64,000 nucleotides of DNA from Methanocaldococcus indicus. Lineage in GTDB: Archaea > AGJL01 > Methanococci > Methanococcales > Methanocaldococcaceae. The notes below the pieces were generated by a model that made no database searches, was not told the origin of the DNA, and saw nothing but the letters and a program-made list of their open reading frames with translations. A program made the translations under genes and the position numbers. The stretch covers positions 672,001-736,000 of the forward strand of contig NZ_CP186926.1 of assembly GCF_049554935.1 (NCBI RefSeq), written 5' to 3'. Position 1 is the first letter of the stretch. Each line of letters begins with the position of its first letter. Shown here piece after piece: positions 1 to 11,069 of this stretch.

Positions 1-1300
1 GGTTGAGATTGCAGTTGGTCCTTGTTTATCAACATTAACAAAAGAGGAATTATTAGAGAATTGTATATTATCTGATTTTTTTGGTTTTCCAATACATATA
101 TGTGGATATGCTATTGCAGATATAGCTGAAAAAGAAAATTTAAAACCAATAGATATTCTAAAAGAGATTTACAACAATATTAGTGTTCCTATAGATATTG
201 ACCATTTTGGTAAATATGGACCTATGAGATTCCCAAGAGAGATAACTGAATGCTGTGGATACTGCTACTATATTGGAAAAGCAAAAGGTTGTCCATTAGG
301 TAGGATTTATAAAAGATTGATAGATAAAGAAAAAGAGCATAAAGATGAGTTTTTAGATTGGATAAAGTTATCTTCCTCAGTATGTATAAATGTAGTAGAG
401 GAGCAAGTTGAGGGTCATGCTCCTCCATTGGAAGAGATGAGATATGTAGCAAAAAAAGCAAAAGAATACAACAAAGTTGTTGAAGGTATATTCCATATAG
501 GTAATGGAGAAGATGATTTAATTGAAGGAATAAAGGCATGTATTGACTTAGATGTTGATGTCTTTGTTGTTGAAGGAGCTCCATTCAATAGAGGAAAAGA
601 TAGATTAAAAACTTATGCAAAAGCAATAGTTTTATCAAGAATTTTGTGTAAAGGTGGTGTAGTAGGAACTAATGGAGCTTATGAAGATGAGTTAAGAATT
701 GGTTTAAGAGCTGGATTAAATGTAGTTTTAACTGGATTTCCTTACAATCATCATGGATATATGGTAGGATATAAACCAAAAGAAGCAAAAAGAGGTAATT
801 TTGGATTAAGAAGAGTCATAAAAATAGTTAGAGAAGAAATAAAAAATTTAAATGTTAGATTAATTGACAAAGATATAATTAAAGCTATTTCATATGGAAA
901 TTCATTTTTAAGAGGAGAGATATATCCAAATACGTTAGGTAACTTCTATATTGGAGATGCACATTGGAGAGTTATATATAACTCAAAATTAAGAAATATT
1001 TTTAAAACATCTAAAACAATTGATGAAATAGAAGGCAAATCAATTGGATTATTGGGAGGAAGATACATCTCTTGGACAATTGCAAAAAAGGCAGATGAAG
1101 TTTATATATCTGATAAAGATTTAGATGTTGAAAGATTAACAATAAAAATTCTAAATAAAAATGGAATAAATGCTTATCCATGTAAGGGTAATGATAAGAA
1201 AGCAATTGCTATGTCTGATGAAGCATATATAACAACTTTTATTCCAGAGTTAGCTTATAAAATAAAAAATAAATACAAAAAAGCTAAATTGCTTTTCTGA
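1..1300 (+). CDS. hcgG: FeGP cofactor biosynthesis protein HcgG/HmdC family (5'-truncated by window edge)
   Basis: Frame is open from position 2 (VEIAVGPCLS...IDIDHFGKYGPMRFP) and continues into the tracked ORF 224-1300. Cys-rich CCGYCY/GCP and GFPYNHHGYM motifs recalled from HmdC. Confidence 0.75.
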   Translation, partial: VEIAVGPCLSTLTKEELLENCILSDFFGFPIHICGYAIADIAEKENLKPIDILKEIYNNISVPIDIDHFGKYGPMRFPREITECCGYCYYIGKAKGCPLGRIYKRLIDKEKEHKDEFLDWIKLSSSVCINVVEEQVEGHAPPLEEMRYVAKKAKEYNKVVEGIFHIGNGEDDLIEGIKACIDLDVDVFVVEGAPFNRGKDRLKTYAKAIVLSRILCKGGVVGTNGAYEDELRIGLRAGLNVVLTGFPYNHHGYMVGYKPKEAKRGNFGLRRVIKIVREEIKNLNVRLIDKDIIKAISYGNSFLRGEIYPNTLGNFYIGDAHWRVIYNSKLRNIFKTSKTIDEIEGKSIGLLGGRYISWTIAKKADEVYISDKDLDVERLTIKILNKNGINAYPCKGNDKKAIAMSDEAYITTFIPELAYKIKNKYKKAKLLF

Positions 1301-1462
1301 ATATTTATAATAACTAATATAAATTAAAAATCTTTTCTAAAAGTTGTAAATTTTTGCAACTGTATTTTTTCTTAAAATACAAAACTATAAATAATATTTT
1401 GAAAATAAAATAATTTTTAGAAAATTTTTAATTCTGAAACAATTGTTATAACTTTTTCAGAT

Positions 1463-1477
1463 GGTAAAGTATATATA
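1463..1477 (+). promoter_or_regulatory. BRE/TATA promoter of S-layer gene
   Basis: ggtaaagtatatata about 50 nt upstream of the ATG. GGTGA RBS at 1517-1521. Confidence 0.55.
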
Positions 1478-1527
1478 CCCCCTCCTCATAATTTATTATC
1501 CAGAAAACTTTCAAAAGGTGAAAAGAT

Positions 1528-3432
1528 ATGGCAATGAGTTTAAAGAAAATAGGGTCAATAGCAGTTGCTGGAGCTATGGTAGCAACAGCATTAGCAAGTG
1601 GTGTCTCCGCTGTCCAAACAATTGGATTCAATAGCTATGATGAATTAAAGCCTATATTAGTTAAAGATGGACAACCAAACTGTTATGTAGTTGTTGGTGC
1701 TAACGCTCCTTCAACTATGGATGTCGTTTCAGCAGCTGATATAGCAGCTAAAATAGGAAGTTTATGCTACAAAGAATCCTCAGCCAATACAGGATGTGCT
1801 GAATTAACTGTTCATGTTGAAGCAGCTGCAAGTAAAGTTGAATTTGATGCCAGTAAGGATAAAGCATTATTATATGCTGTAACTCCTGATGATACTGATT
1901 ATCAAGTAACTGATGTTATATATGGCGGTAATACATTCCCACATCCTGAATATACATGGGTAAATACTACATTAAATGGAAGTATATCAGTAACAACAAC
2001 TAATGCTACTGATGAAGTAAGTATAACTGAATTAAATGCAACTGGTACACAAACCTATGTTAATGATACATATGTATATCTTCCAAGTACAGTAAAATTA
2101 ACTACAACTCCATCTGGAAATACAACAAGTTTAAATCTAATATTGTCTGTTGAGAAAATTAATACAATAACAAAAACATTATCTACATTAATGAAAATTG
2201 ATGATTTAAATCCAAAAGATATTAAAACAGGAATATATGAAAACTTAACTAATTCAAAAGCTGATAGTATTGAATTAGGATTCTATGAATTAGTACCTGA
2301 AGGTACCAATATTGGAATTGATTTAGTTGGATATGCTACAACTGTCACTAAAGACAGTGAATTAAATACATCAAATGTATATTTAGCTCCTGGAATATTA
2401 ATCCCATTCTTAGGAGAACAATACATGTTTGTTAAAGCAGATAAAAATAACAATGAATTAATTATTGGTAAAGAGGCATATAGTGGAATATTACAAGAAG
2501 GAGAAATTTATGATGTTGGAAATGGATATCAAGTAAAAATAAAAGCAGTTTTAGAACCTACTACCGGCTCAAGTAGTGGTGCAAAAGTAGATGTTCAAAT
2601 ATTAAAAGATGGACAAGTCGTAGCTGAAAAATTTGATTACGCATCTACAGATTCACCATTAATCTTAACATATGGACCAATCGGGGTAATAGTTACAGAT
2701 GCATATAAAAATATAGCTGAGACAACAGGATATGCAGATTGTTATATAGTTAAAGACTTAAAATACTTAAAATTAGGAAGTAAATATGAAGATTCAGATT
2801 ACAAAATCTATGCAGTACTATCTGATGGAACTCATATAGACATAACTAAAAATACAGATATAGATGATGATACTAATGGAATTGGTGTTATAGACGGTAA
2901 AAAAATCTGTGGTATAGCTTTAGTAGATGATACAGATCCTACAGATTCTGATAACCAATTAAGTTCTAAAGGAGATACATTCTCAGCAATTGATAATTAC
3001 TTCACATTAAAAGTAGACAAAGTAATAAATGCATCTGCAGGAGATTATAAGATATATATTTACTCAGATGTATCAAAAGATGTAACATTAGATGTAGGTC
3101 AAGAAGTTTCAGCATTAAATGCACAATTAACTTTAGATAAAATTGAAGCTAATGCAATACAACCAACAAAAATAACAGCTCCAATTGCTAAGTTAGATAC
3201 AGAAGTTAGCTTAGACAACGCAGATAAAAACTTAGTATTAGTTGGAGGACCAGTAGCAAACAAATTAACAAAAGAGTTAGTAGATATGGGTAAAATAAAC
3301 ATAACCAATGACAGCCCAGCAACAATAGCATTAATAAAAGGAGTTGCAAACGGACACGATGTTATAGTTGTTGCTGGTGGAAACAGAGAAAAAACAAGAG
3401 AAGCTGCATTAGCTTTAATTGAAAACTTATAA
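1528..3432 (+). CDS. S-layer protein (Methanococcales type)
   Basis: Signal peptide MAMSLKKIGSIAVAGAMVA. Conserved VVVGANAPSTMDVVSAADIAAKIG N-domain and LVLVGGPVANKLT...VAGGNREKTREAA C-domain. Confidence 0.93.
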   Translation: MAMSLKKIGSIAVAGAMVATALASGVSAVQTIGFNSYDELKPILVKDGQPNCYVVVGANAPSTMDVVSAADIAAKIGSLCYKESSANTGCAELTVHVEAAASKVEFDASKDKALLYAVTPDDTDYQVTDVIYGGNTFPHPEYTWVNTTLNGSISVTTTNATDEVSITELNATGTQTYVNDTYVYLPSTVKLTTTPSGNTTSLNLILSVEKINTITKTLSTLMKIDDLNPKDIKTGIYENLTNSKADSIELGFYELVPEGTNIGIDLVGYATTVTKDSELNTSNVYLAPGILIPFLGEQYMFVKADKNNNELIIGKEAYSGILQEGEIYDVGNGYQVKIKAVLEPTTGSSSGAKVDVQILKDGQVVAEKFDYASTDSPLILTYGPIGVIVTDAYKNIAETTGYADCYIVKDLKYLKLGSKYEDSDYKIYAVLSDGTHIDITKNTDIDDDTNGIGVIDGKKICGIALVDDTDPTDSDNQLSSKGDTFSAIDNYFTLKVDKVINASAGDYKIYIYSDVSKDVTLDVGQEVSALNAQLTLDKIEANAIQPTKITAPIAKLDTEVSLDNADKNLVLVGGPVANKLTKELVDMGKINITNDSPATIALIKGVANGHDVIVVAGGNREKTREAALALIENL

Positions 3433-3433
3433 A

Positions 3434-3457
3434 TTTTCTTTCTCTTTTCTTTTTTTA
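3434..3457 (+). terminator. Oligo-T/pyrimidine terminator of S-layer gene
   Basis: ttttctttctcttttctttttttt-like pyrimidine tract right after the stop codon. Confidence 0.55.
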
Positions 3458-3486
3458 TAAACAAATATATCCAAAAATGTGAAATT

Positions 3487-4194
3487 ATGGATGTAATAAT
3501 TACAAGACCGAAAGAAAGAGCTAAAGCTTTTTTAGAGATATTAAAAAAAGAAGGTTTTAATCCAATAATTCTCCCTACTATTGAGATAGTCTATAAAAAA
3601 GTTAATATTAACTTAGATAAATACAACTGGATAATTTTCACTTCTCCAAGTGGAGTGATTGGGTTATACAAAAATTTGAAAGATAAAAATCTTGACAATA
3701 AAAAAATAGCTGTTATTGGAGAAAAGACAAATAAAACATTAAAAAAGTATTTTAATAGAGAAGCAGATATAATTCCAAGTGAATATACTGCAGAGAAACT
3801 TTTAGAAGAGATTAAAAAAGTTGCTAAAAGAGACGATAAATTTTTATTTCCAACAACTCCTGCAACAAGAGATATTTTAAAAAACAACTTGAATGTAGAT
3901 TTAGTTTATGTCTATTCATCAGAAGAACCAAAAGATTTAAAAGAAAAAATAAATAATTTAAAAAACCACTTAAAAGATAAAAAATTTATTTTAACTTTTA
4001 CAAGTTCTTTAACTGCTAAAAACTTTTTTAAATATGTTGATGATGAATTTTATAACACAATAAAAAATAACTATGTTGTTGCTATTGGACCAATAACTGC
4101 AAAAACCTTAGAGGAGTTAAATCTCTCTCCAATTACTCCCAAAAAATATACAATAGAAGGAATGTTAAAAGAAATTAAAAAGTTGAGAGAATGA
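3487..4194 (+). CDS. hemD: Uroporphyrinogen-III synthase
   Basis: VIITRP start, IIFTSPSGV, IAVIGEKT, FTSSLTA and VAIGPITA motifs. Confidence 0.92.
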   Translation: MDVIITRPKERAKAFLEILKKEGFNPIILPTIEIVYKKVNINLDKYNWIIFTSPSGVIGLYKNLKDKNLDNKKIAVIGEKTNKTLKKYFNREADIIPSEYTAEKLLEEIKKVAKRDDKFLFPTTPATRDILKNNLNVDLVYVYSSEEPKDLKEKINNLKNHLKDKKFILTFTSSLTAKNFFKYVDDEFYNTIKNNYVVAIGPITAKTLEELNLSPITPKKYTIEGMLKEIKKLRE

Positions 4195-5234
4195 TAAATA
4201 AAATTATTGAAAAGATAAATGATTTATCTAAAAATTTTGATGAAGTTAAAATTATGCATGTGTGTGGCTCTCATGAGCACACAATTTGTAAATATGGTAT
4301 TAGGGAAGTTCTACCAAAAAATATAAAGCTAATTCCTGGCCCAGGATGTCCAGTATGTGTCACAACTCAGAAAGAGATTGATACAGCCATTTACTTAGCA
4401 AAGAAAGGTTATGTAATAACAACCTTAGGAGATTTATATAGAGTTCCAGGTAGTTATGAGAGCTTACAATCAATAAGTAAAGATTATGATATTAGGATAG
4501 TTTATAGTGTTAGTGACGCTGTAAAGATGGCTAAAAAAGAAAGAGATAAAAAATTTGTTTATGTAGCTATTGGCTTTGAAACTACTGCTCCAACAACTGC
4601 ATCAGAACTATTAAATTTGGATTTAGACAACTTCTTTATATTAAATTGTCATAGACAAACTCCTCCAATAATGGAGTTTTTATTAGAAAATACTAAGTTA
4701 GATGCTTTTATCTGTCCAGGGCATGTATCAGCAATAACAGGATTAAAACCATATTATACACTCTTAGAGAAATATAGAGTTCCATTAATAGTTTCTGGAT
4801 TTGAGGGGATTGATGTTCTCCTATCCATATTAATGATTCTAAAACAACTCTATAAAAATGAGATTAAAGTAGAAAATGAATATAAAAGAGTTGTAAAAGA
4901 AGAAGGGAATGTTATAGCTCAAAAGATTATAAATGAAGTTTTTGAAAGTGAAGATAAAGAATGGAGAGGTTTTCCAAAAATAAAAAATGGAGGTTACAAA
5001 CTTAAAGAAAAATATAAAAAATTTGATATTTTTGAAAATGAAGATATCCCAAAAATGAAAGAAAAAATACCAAAAGGCTGTATTTGTGATAAAATTTTAA
5101 GAGGGGAGAAATTACCAACAGATTGCCCATTATTTGGAAAAGTTTGTAATCCATTTAATCCAGTTGGTAGTTGTATGGTTTCTGATGAAGGAACTTGCAG
5201 AATATTTTATAAATATAAAAAGTTTAATTTTTGA
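4191..5234 (+). CDS. hypD: Hydrogenase maturation protein HypD
   Basis: [30 protein letters not shown] and C-terminal Cys cluster ([11 protein letters not shown]). Confidence 0.97.
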   Translation: MINKIIEKINDLSKNFDEVKIMHVCGSHEHTICKYGIREVLPKNIKLIPGPGCPVCVTTQKEIDTAIYLAKKGYVITTLGDLYRVPGSYESLQSISKDYDIRIVYSVSDAVKMAKKERDKKFVYVAIGFETTAPTTASELLNLDLDNFFILNCHRQTPPIMEFLLENTKLDAFICPGHVSAITGLKPYYTLLEKYRVPLIVSGFEGIDVLLSILMILKQLYKNEIKVENEYKRVVKEEGNVIAQKIINEVFESEDKEWRGFPKIKNGGYKLKEKYKKFDIFENEDIPKMKEKIPKGCICDKILRGEKLPTDCPLFGKVCNPFNPVGSCMVSDEGTCRIFYKYKKFNF

Positions 5235-7848
5235 TTATAGCTAAGCATAAGCCAAACTCAACAGTATCTACTTCCTCTCCCTTACTAAATATAGCTCTTT
5301 TAATTTCCTTTATATGCTCTTTTCTTATAACTCCATACTCTGTCTTTAAACCTTCTGTTAATATCTTGTTTAAGGTTTCTTCATCTTTAATATTTTTTAT
5401 AAACTCCATAACATCTTTTGTATATTTTTTAAACTCTGGTCCAATTTTTGATTTGTTAGGAATGACTTCAACTATTCTATACTCTAAATCTGGCTTACCT
5501 TTAATTATTTTTAGTTCATTTATCTTTAAAGTTCCTTTTATATCTTTCTCTCCTTTCAACAAAGCATTATAAGTTTCATCATCTTCTGTATAAATTTCCA
5601 CTTTATTTAATTGTGCATTTAATGATAGTCCTTTATTAGCTTTGTATCTTCTTAAATTAACTATTGTCTCTTTTATTAATTCCCCAACTTTTTCAATATC
5701 CTCATTAATATATCTCTCATCAACCTCTGGGAATTTAAAATGTAAATCCTCTATCTTATAAATCTCACCAATATAATCTGAGAAGTGAGGAGCAAATATA
5801 GTCAATAATCTTAATAGTCTGTCTATACAATAATATAAAGTTCTTTTAGCTTCATCTTTTTCTTTTTCATCTCCTTTATACAATCTATATTTAACCATCT
5901 CAATATAGTTATCACAAAACTCATGCCAAACAAACTTATAAATCTCCACAACTACATTAAATCTATAATTTTTGAGAGAGTTATCAACTTCTTTAATTAA
6001 TTTATTTAACTTACTTAAAATCCATAAATCAACTATATTGTCAGTTTTTAGTTCTTTTAAGTTATTTATTTCATTATCATCAATATGCATTTTAGCAAAT
6101 CTACATGCATTCCAGAATTTTCTTAAAAATCTATATCCATAATCAACTTCTTTCCAACTAAATGGGACATCATTACCAATAACACTGTTAGCAGCCCATA
6201 ATCTTAGTGCATCTGCTCCGTACTTTTCAACTATTTCATCTGGCTCAACTACATTTCCTAAACTTTTACTCATCTTTCTACCATCTTCTCCAAACACCAT
6301 ACCATTAATAACTATCTCTTCCCATGGCTTTTTATTAGTTAAAGCTATGGATTTAACTATTGTGTAGAATGCCCATGTCCTTATAATATCATGTCCTTGA
6401 GGTCTTAGTTGTGTAGGATAATGCTTCTTAAAAAATTCTTCATCATCTAACCATTTAGTTATAACTAATGGAGTTATTGATGAATCCATCCAAGTGTCCA
6501 TAACATCCTTTTCTGGCTCTAAATTTGTAGATTTACATTTATCACATACATAATTTGTTTTTGTAGGGTCAATTGGTAAATCTTCTTCCTTAGCTACAAC
6601 TATATTACCACAATCCTTACAATACCAAACTGGAATTGGTGTGGCAAAAATTCTCTGCCTACTTATAACCCAATCCCAGTCCATATCTTCAATCCAACTT
6701 AACAATCTCGATTTCATATGTTCAGGAATCCATTTTATTTCATCAACAACTTCTCTAACTTTTGGTAAGAGCTTTCTAACATTAACAAACCACTGCTCAG
6801 TAACAATTATTTCAATAGGTGTTTTACATCTCCAACATACTCCAACATTTTGCTTAATTTTCTCTTGTTTTATAAGATAACCTTCTTTTTTCAAATCTTC
6901 AATAATCTTTTTTCTTGCTTCTTCTGTTTTTAATCCTTTATATTTTCCAGCTATTTCAGTTAATTCTCCCTTCTCATTGATAGCTTTTCTTATCTCTAAG
7001 TTATGTCTATTTGCCCATAGGACATCTGTTTTATCCCCAAAGGTACAAACCATAACAGCTCCTGTTCCAAAATCTTTCTCAACATCTTTATCTTCTAAAA
7101 GCTTAACTTTATGATTAAAAAGAGGGACTATAAACTCCTTACCTACCAAATCTTTATATCTTTCATCTTCTGGATGCACTAAGATAGCCACACATGCAGC
7201 TAATAACTCTGGTCTTGTTGTAGCTATAATTAAATCTTTCTCATTATCTGCTGATGGAAATATTATATAATTTAAATAGGTTTCTCTCTCTTTGTATTCA
7301 ACTTCTGCAAATGCAATAGCTGTCTGACATCTTGGACACCAATTAACAGGGAACTTTCCCCTATAAATTAGCCCATCTCTATACATTCTAACAAAAGCTG
7401 TTTGAGATTTTTTAATATATTCTGGTTTCATTGTTATATACTCTCTACTCCAATCTATTGAAATTCCTAAGCTTTTTATTTGTTTTCTCATCTTTTCTAT
7501 ATTTTCCTCAGTTAGTTTTATACACCACTCTCTAAATGTCTCTCTATCAACTTCTGATTTAGTTACACCATAAATCTCCTCTACCTTAACCTCTGTAGGC
7601 AATCCATGACAGTCCCAACCTTGTGGAAAGAGAACATTATAGCCTTTCATTCTTTTATATCTTGCAATAAAATCCATATAGCTCCAATTTAAAGCATGTC
7701 CTAAGTGGAGCTTTCCAGTAGGATATGGTGGAGGAGTATCTATTATATATGGTGGCTTTTCACTATTTTCATCAAATTTATATAACTCTTCTTTTTCCCA
7801 CTTTTTTTGTATCTCTTTTTCTATACTAATATTGTAATCTTTATCCAA
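5224..7848 (-). CDS. valS: Valine--tRNA ligase
   Basis: [15 protein letters not shown] (HIGH), [16 protein letters not shown] and KMSKS. TTG start with GGTGA RBS. Confidence 0.97.
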   Translation of the reverse strand: MDKDYNISIEKEIQKKWEKEELYKFDENSEKPPYIIDTPPPYPTGKLHLGHALNWSYMDFIARYKRMKGYNVLFPQGWDCHGLPTEVKVEEIYGVTKSEVDRETFREWCIKLTEENIEKMRKQIKSLGISIDWSREYITMKPEYIKKSQTAFVRMYRDGLIYRGKFPVNWCPRCQTAIAFAEVEYKERETYLNYIIFPSADNEKDLIIATTRPELLAACVAILVHPEDERYKDLVGKEFIVPLFNHKVKLLEDKDVEKDFGTGAVMVCTFGDKTDVLWANRHNLEIRKAINEKGELTEIAGKYKGLKTEEARKKIIEDLKKEGYLIKQEKIKQNVGVCWRCKTPIEIIVTEQWFVNVRKLLPKVREVVDEIKWIPEHMKSRLLSWIEDMDWDWVISRQRIFATPIPVWYCKDCGNIVVAKEEDLPIDPTKTNYVCDKCKSTNLEPEKDVMDTWMDSSITPLVITKWLDDEEFFKKHYPTQLRPQGHDIIRTWAFYTIVKSIALTNKKPWEEIVINGMVFGEDGRKMSKSLGNVVEPDEIVEKYGADALRLWAANSVIGNDVPFSWKEVDYGYRFLRKFWNACRFAKMHIDDNEINNLKELKTDNIVDLWILSKLNKLIKEVDNSLKNYRFNVVVEIYKFVWHEFCDNYIEMVKYRLYKGDEKEKDEAKRTLYYCIDRLLRLLTIFAPHFSDYIGEIYKIEDLHFKFPEVDERYINEDIEKVGELIKETIVNLRRYKANKGLSLNAQLNKVEIYTEDDETYNALLKGEKDIKGTLKINELKIIKGKPDLEYRIVEVIPNKSKIGPEFKKYTKDVMEFIKNIKDEETLNKILTEGLKTEYGVIRKEHIKEIKRAIFSKGEEVDTVEFGLCLAIIKN

Positions 7849-7874
7849 GTTCTCACCAAATTATATTTTATGAG

Positions 7875-8363
7875 GTGATTATCATTTTTAGAAATTTAAA
7901 GAATAAAAAAATATTGGTTATAGGAATAGGAAATGAGTTAAGAGGAGATGATGGAGTTGGAGTATATATAATAAATAAAGTTATGCAACACTTTAAAAAG
8001 TTTGGTGAAGTAGTTAATATAAATAACCTCTACCTAATAAATGCCAAAACCTCTCCAGAATCTTTTACAGACAAAATAAAAAATATAAATCCAGATGTTA
8101 TAATTATTATTGATTGTGCATATTTAAATAAAAATCCTGGTGAGATAGAGATTATAGATATTGACAAGATAGATAACTATTCTTTATCATCTCATACACT
8201 TCCAATAAGTATATTTATAAAATACTTAAAAAAATTTATTAATTCAGAGTTTATAGTTGTTGGGATTCAACCAAAGGTAATAGATTTTACTTTTAATCTA
8301 TCAGATGAAGTAAAAAAAGCTGGAGATAAAGTAGCTTATGAAATTATTAAGTTGATAGAATGA
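7875..8363 (+). CDS. hycI: Hydrogenase maturation peptidase HycI family
   Basis: VIGIGNELRGDDGVG, IIIIDCA, SSHTLP and GIQP motifs. Exact start uncertain. Confidence 0.88.
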   Translation: MIIIFRNLKNKKILVIGIGNELRGDDGVGVYIINKVMQHFKKFGEVVNINNLYLINAKTSPESFTDKIKNINPDVIIIIDCAYLNKNPGEIEIIDIDKIDNYSLSSHTLPISIFIKYLKKFINSEFIVVGIQPKVIDFTFNLSDEVKKAGDKVAYEIIKLIE

Positions 8364-9316
8364 AATTATTGGCTCTAATAACCACAAAACCAGGATATGA
8401 GAGAGAGTTAAAAGATGAACTTAAAAAATTAAACTTTTATGTTAGATATACTCCATTTAGAGGATTATTAAAACTTTATGGAGATAAGTTAGATAATTTA
8501 GAATCAAAATATATTTGTAGATTAATACCAATTGAAAAGGAAAGTTCATTAAATAGTTTAATAGATGATACAATAAATCTAATCAAAGAGAGAAATTTAT
8601 CTGGCTCATTTGTTGTTAGATGTTGGAGAAGGGGAAAACACAATTTTAGTAGTGAATATATTGAAAGAATATTAGGAAAAGAGATATCCAACTTTTTTGG
8701 TTATAAAGTTTCTCTAAAAAATTATGATTTTAAGATAGATGTGCATATAATCCAGAATGAAGTTTATTTATCTTTAAATGAAATAAAGTTTGAAGATAAT
8801 ATAAAAAATCTCACAAAAAAATACAATGAGAGATTTATAAGTAGAGCAGAAAAAAAATTATTAGAAGTTTTAGAAAAATTTCCCTATGTTTTTAAAGATT
8901 TAAATGTAGTTTTAGATATTGGCTCATCTCCAGGTGGTTGGGCTAAGGTATTGTCTAATTTATCAAATAAAGTTTATGCCATTGACCCAGGTGAGTTAAA
9001 AATCAAAAAAGATAATATTATTCATATAAAAAAGAGAGCTGAATATGTTAATTTAAATGATAAACTTGACTTAATAACTAATGACACAAATCTTTATCCT
9101 GAAGAGAGTATAAATCTTACATTAAAATTTTTAGACAATTTAAAGAAGAATAAATATATAGTTCAAACAATCAAATATGAAAATAAATATTCAAAAAAGG
9201 AAGAACTAAACAAAATAATAAAAATTTTAGAAGATAATAATTTAGAATTAGTTAAAATAGCTAAATTAAAAGCAAATACCAAAAATGAGCACACACTAAT
9301 TATTAGAAGATTATAG
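8360..9316 (+). CDS. THUMP-domain + FtsJ/RlmM-like SAM-dependent RNA methyltransferase
   Basis: N-terminal THUMP (SFVVRCWRRGKHNFSS). C-terminal SRAEKKL and LDIGSSPGGW...AIDPG motifs. Confidence 0.8.
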   Translation: MKLLALITTKPGYERELKDELKKLNFYVRYTPFRGLLKLYGDKLDNLESKYICRLIPIEKESSLNSLIDDTINLIKERNLSGSFVVRCWRRGKHNFSSEYIERILGKEISNFFGYKVSLKNYDFKIDVHIIQNEVYLSLNEIKFEDNIKNLTKKYNERFISRAEKKLLEVLEKFPYVFKDLNVVLDIGSSPGGWAKVLSNLSNKVYAIDPGELKIKKDNIIHIKKRAEYVNLNDKLDLITNDTNLYPEESINLTLKFLDNLKKNKYIVQTIKYENKYSKKEELNKIIKILEDNNLELVKIAKLKANTKNEHTLIIRRL

Positions 9317-10852
9317 TAAATCTAATAATCTTTTTCTATCAGATTTCTTCTTTTGATATTCATATTCAATTTCTTCATCTAATTTTTTTAATACTTTTTT
9401 AAGATTAACTGTATCTACATAATACTTATCAGATATATCCATATAATCAACAATTTTCTTTTTAATGAGTTTGTTAATAATTTCCTTTACTGTATCTAAA
9501 TCTAAATCAGTAAGTTCTGAAATTTCTAATAATGTTTTTGGTTCATTTATTAAGTTTGAGATAATACTTATCTCATCTTCAGAAAATCCATAACTTTCTA
9601 ATAGATAGGCAATGTTTGTATGCACATTCTTAAATATAACTCCAACATAAGATAAAGTTGTATATATTCTTAAAATATCTTTTGATACTGCTTCTCCATA
9701 AGATAGCCAACCAATACAATTACTTTTTATAATATATTTGGAAATATCTCTGCTATCTTTATAAAACTCTAAAAAATAAGGTAATATATTTTTCTCATAT
9801 TTTCTAAATTTTGGATTTTTTAGAACTTCTACAAAATAAGACTCATTAATGAAAGCTAATAAATCTTTCTCTATATATTCTGACAATTTTTGATATAAGC
9901 TGTTAATGATATCTTTAAAGCTTGTAGTCATTAAGTTTAAAAAAATTCCTTCAGAAATTTTATTTTTAAAAATTAATGACTCTCCTTCTACTTTCTCTAA
10001 ATAGGGAATAATTACATTTCCAAAGAAATCCACATAACCTAATGGATGTATCAGTGTAAAATCTATTTTTGATACTTCTGATTTTTTTAAATAGTCAATA
10101 TTTCTTTCTATAATATCTTTTGGCATTCTTGTATATTCTGAAATCATTTCAATATATCTCTCTAATGCCGGTTTGTTGTCAAGTTCATAAATAATATTAT
10201 CCTTTGCCTTTGTAACTTTTGCATATATATTAGTTGGCTTATATCCATGTCCAAAAATAATATCAAAATCTAACTTACCCCCAACTAAACCAAATATACA
10301 ACAGTCTTTTACAACTTTACCTTTGTAAATTAGATAGTAATTTTTAAATTTCCCTCTATCACTTGCAGTACCCCCAATTATTGGAACTCCTAATTCCCTA
10401 CCAATTGTATTTAATATTTCATACTCATTGTTAATATGATAATCAAAGAATATAAATCCTAAAAATTTCTCATATATATCTATATTTATATATTTTTCCC
10501 TAAGTTGATTATAAATATCATTAATTATATTATTGGCTATCATCTCTTCTTTCATATCATGATATGAAATTGCTGATTTATATCTATTACTAAATGCAAT
10601 AACCAGTACTGAATCTTTATTGTAATAATTATTTCCTTGAAATATTCCTCCAGATGAGCATCCAATTATATTGTCAGATGGCAATATTTCAGTAAAACTA
10701 TCCATAAATCTCTTAAATTTATCCATATCAAATATAGTTGAAATTAATATTATCAATGATGGTGTAGATATTTTAAGTTTAATTTTTTTAGCCAATTTAT
10801 AACCATCTTTAATAGGATCATTTATTTTATTTACATAATATACCATGTCCAT
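9311..10852 (-). CDS. FIST (NosP-like) sensor domain protein with C-terminal TrmB-like HTH
   Basis: IIGCSSGG, PIIGGTASD, GHGYKPT, IYELDNKPA and GWLSYGE FIST motifs. C-terminal YGFSEDE...TLLEISELTDL...LIKKKIV winged HTH. ATG at 10852 follows a GGTGA RBS. Confidence 0.85.
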   Translation of the reverse strand: MDMVYYVNKINDPIKDGYKLAKKIKLKISTPSLIILISTIFDMDKFKRFMDSFTEILPSDNIIGCSSGGIFQGNNYYNKDSVLVIAFSNRYKSAISYHDMKEEMIANNIINDIYNQLREKYINIDIYEKFLGFIFFDYHINNEYEILNTIGRELGVPIIGGTASDRGKFKNYYLIYKGKVVKDCCIFGLVGGKLDFDIIFGHGYKPTNIYAKVTKAKDNIIYELDNKPALERYIEMISEYTRMPKDIIERNIDYLKKSEVSKIDFTLIHPLGYVDFFGNVIIPYLEKVEGESLIFKNKISEGIFLNLMTTSFKDIINSLYQKLSEYIEKDLLAFINESYFVEVLKNPKFRKYEKNILPYFLEFYKDSRDISKYIIKSNCIGWLSYGEAVSKDILRIYTTLSYVGVIFKNVHTNIAYLLESYGFSEDEISIISNLINEPKTLLEISELTDLDLDTVKEIINKLIKKKIVDYMDISDKYYVDTVNLKKVLKKLDEEIEYEYQKKKSDRKRLLDLL

Positions 10853-11069
10853 ATTTTTCACCAGGATTGTAAATTTTTGGACTAAATATTTATTTTCGAG
10901 ATATATGTTAAGTTATAAGTAGTATTAACCATAATTATTATTATATTAGCATATTACCTTAAATATTATTTATTTAAACATAAAATTTACTTTTGTTATT
11001 ATTTATACTTTCTTTTACATATAACTTTAATTTTAAAATTTTAAAAATAAATAATTGGGTGAGTATTAA

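Noticed and set aside
1342-1361. Inverted repeat agttgtaaa..tttgcaact, with a 13-mer ttgtaaatttttg shared with 10867-10879
   Set aside because: Short and AT-rich. Compatible with chance or a simple terminator-adjacent hairpin after hcgG.
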